Below, in pieces: positions 63,750 through 64,000 of a stretch of 64,000 bases of DNA (within the stretch, counting starts at the first letter, position 1; each line of letters begins with the position of its first letter). This stretch comes from Macrostomum lignano (lineage: Eukaryota), in assembly GCA_002269645.1 (NCBI GenBank), contig NIVC01002326.1, positions 1-64,000 of the forward strand, given 5' to 3'. The notes under the pieces are model-generated. The model was not told where the DNA came from. It worked only from the letters and a program-made list of their open reading frames with translations, and did not search any database. The position numbers and the translations under genes are program-made.

Positions 63750-64000
63750 AGCATCACTAGCTACTCCAATGAGCATCACTAGCTACTCCAATGAGCATCA
63801 CTAGCTACTCCAATGAGCATCACTAGCTACTCCAATGAGCATCACTAGCTACTCCAATGAGCATCACTAGCTACTCCAATGAGCATCACTAGCTACTCCA
63901 ATGAGCATCACTAGCTACTCCAATGAGCATCACTAGCTACTCCAATGAGCATCACTAGCTACTCCAATGAGCATCACTAGCTACTCCAATGAGCATCACT
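63750..64000. repeat. 22-bp minisatellite (GAGCATCACTAGCTACTCCAAT)n, runs off the window
   Basis: Perfect period 22. Confidence 0.95.

Overview
Eukaryotic (metazoan) genomic DNA. GC-rich exons with poly-Ala/Gly/Gln inserts sit among minisatellite-filled introns. This style is consistent with a flatworm such as Macrostomum, which is an inference I cannot confirm here. Every gene I can support is on the minus strand. In transcription order (right to left) they are: the 3' end of an hnRNP F/H-type qRRM gene, AP5Z1, TM6SF1/2-like, an intronless homeobox-type ceramide synthase, a MYND-finger gene, POLR1B (9 exons, one GC-AG intron), DCAF8-like, a K2P potassium channel with an 11-kb satellite intron, tRNA-Ser(GCT), and an unidentified multi-exon gene that runs off the left edge. 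About half of the window (roughly 32 kb by my estimate) is tandem repeat, in about 38 arrays with different units, and 23 of 26 complete introns carry one. There are also a CORE-type SINE, a second SINE-like family and a MITE-like element. The main hypotheses are a trans-spliced polycistronic cluster (operon), intron-private minisatellites with a recurring CCAAT core, and an array built from copies of a splice donor. Exon boundaries were placed by hand from GT/AG motifs, frame continuity and remembered homologue sequences; no alignment was run.
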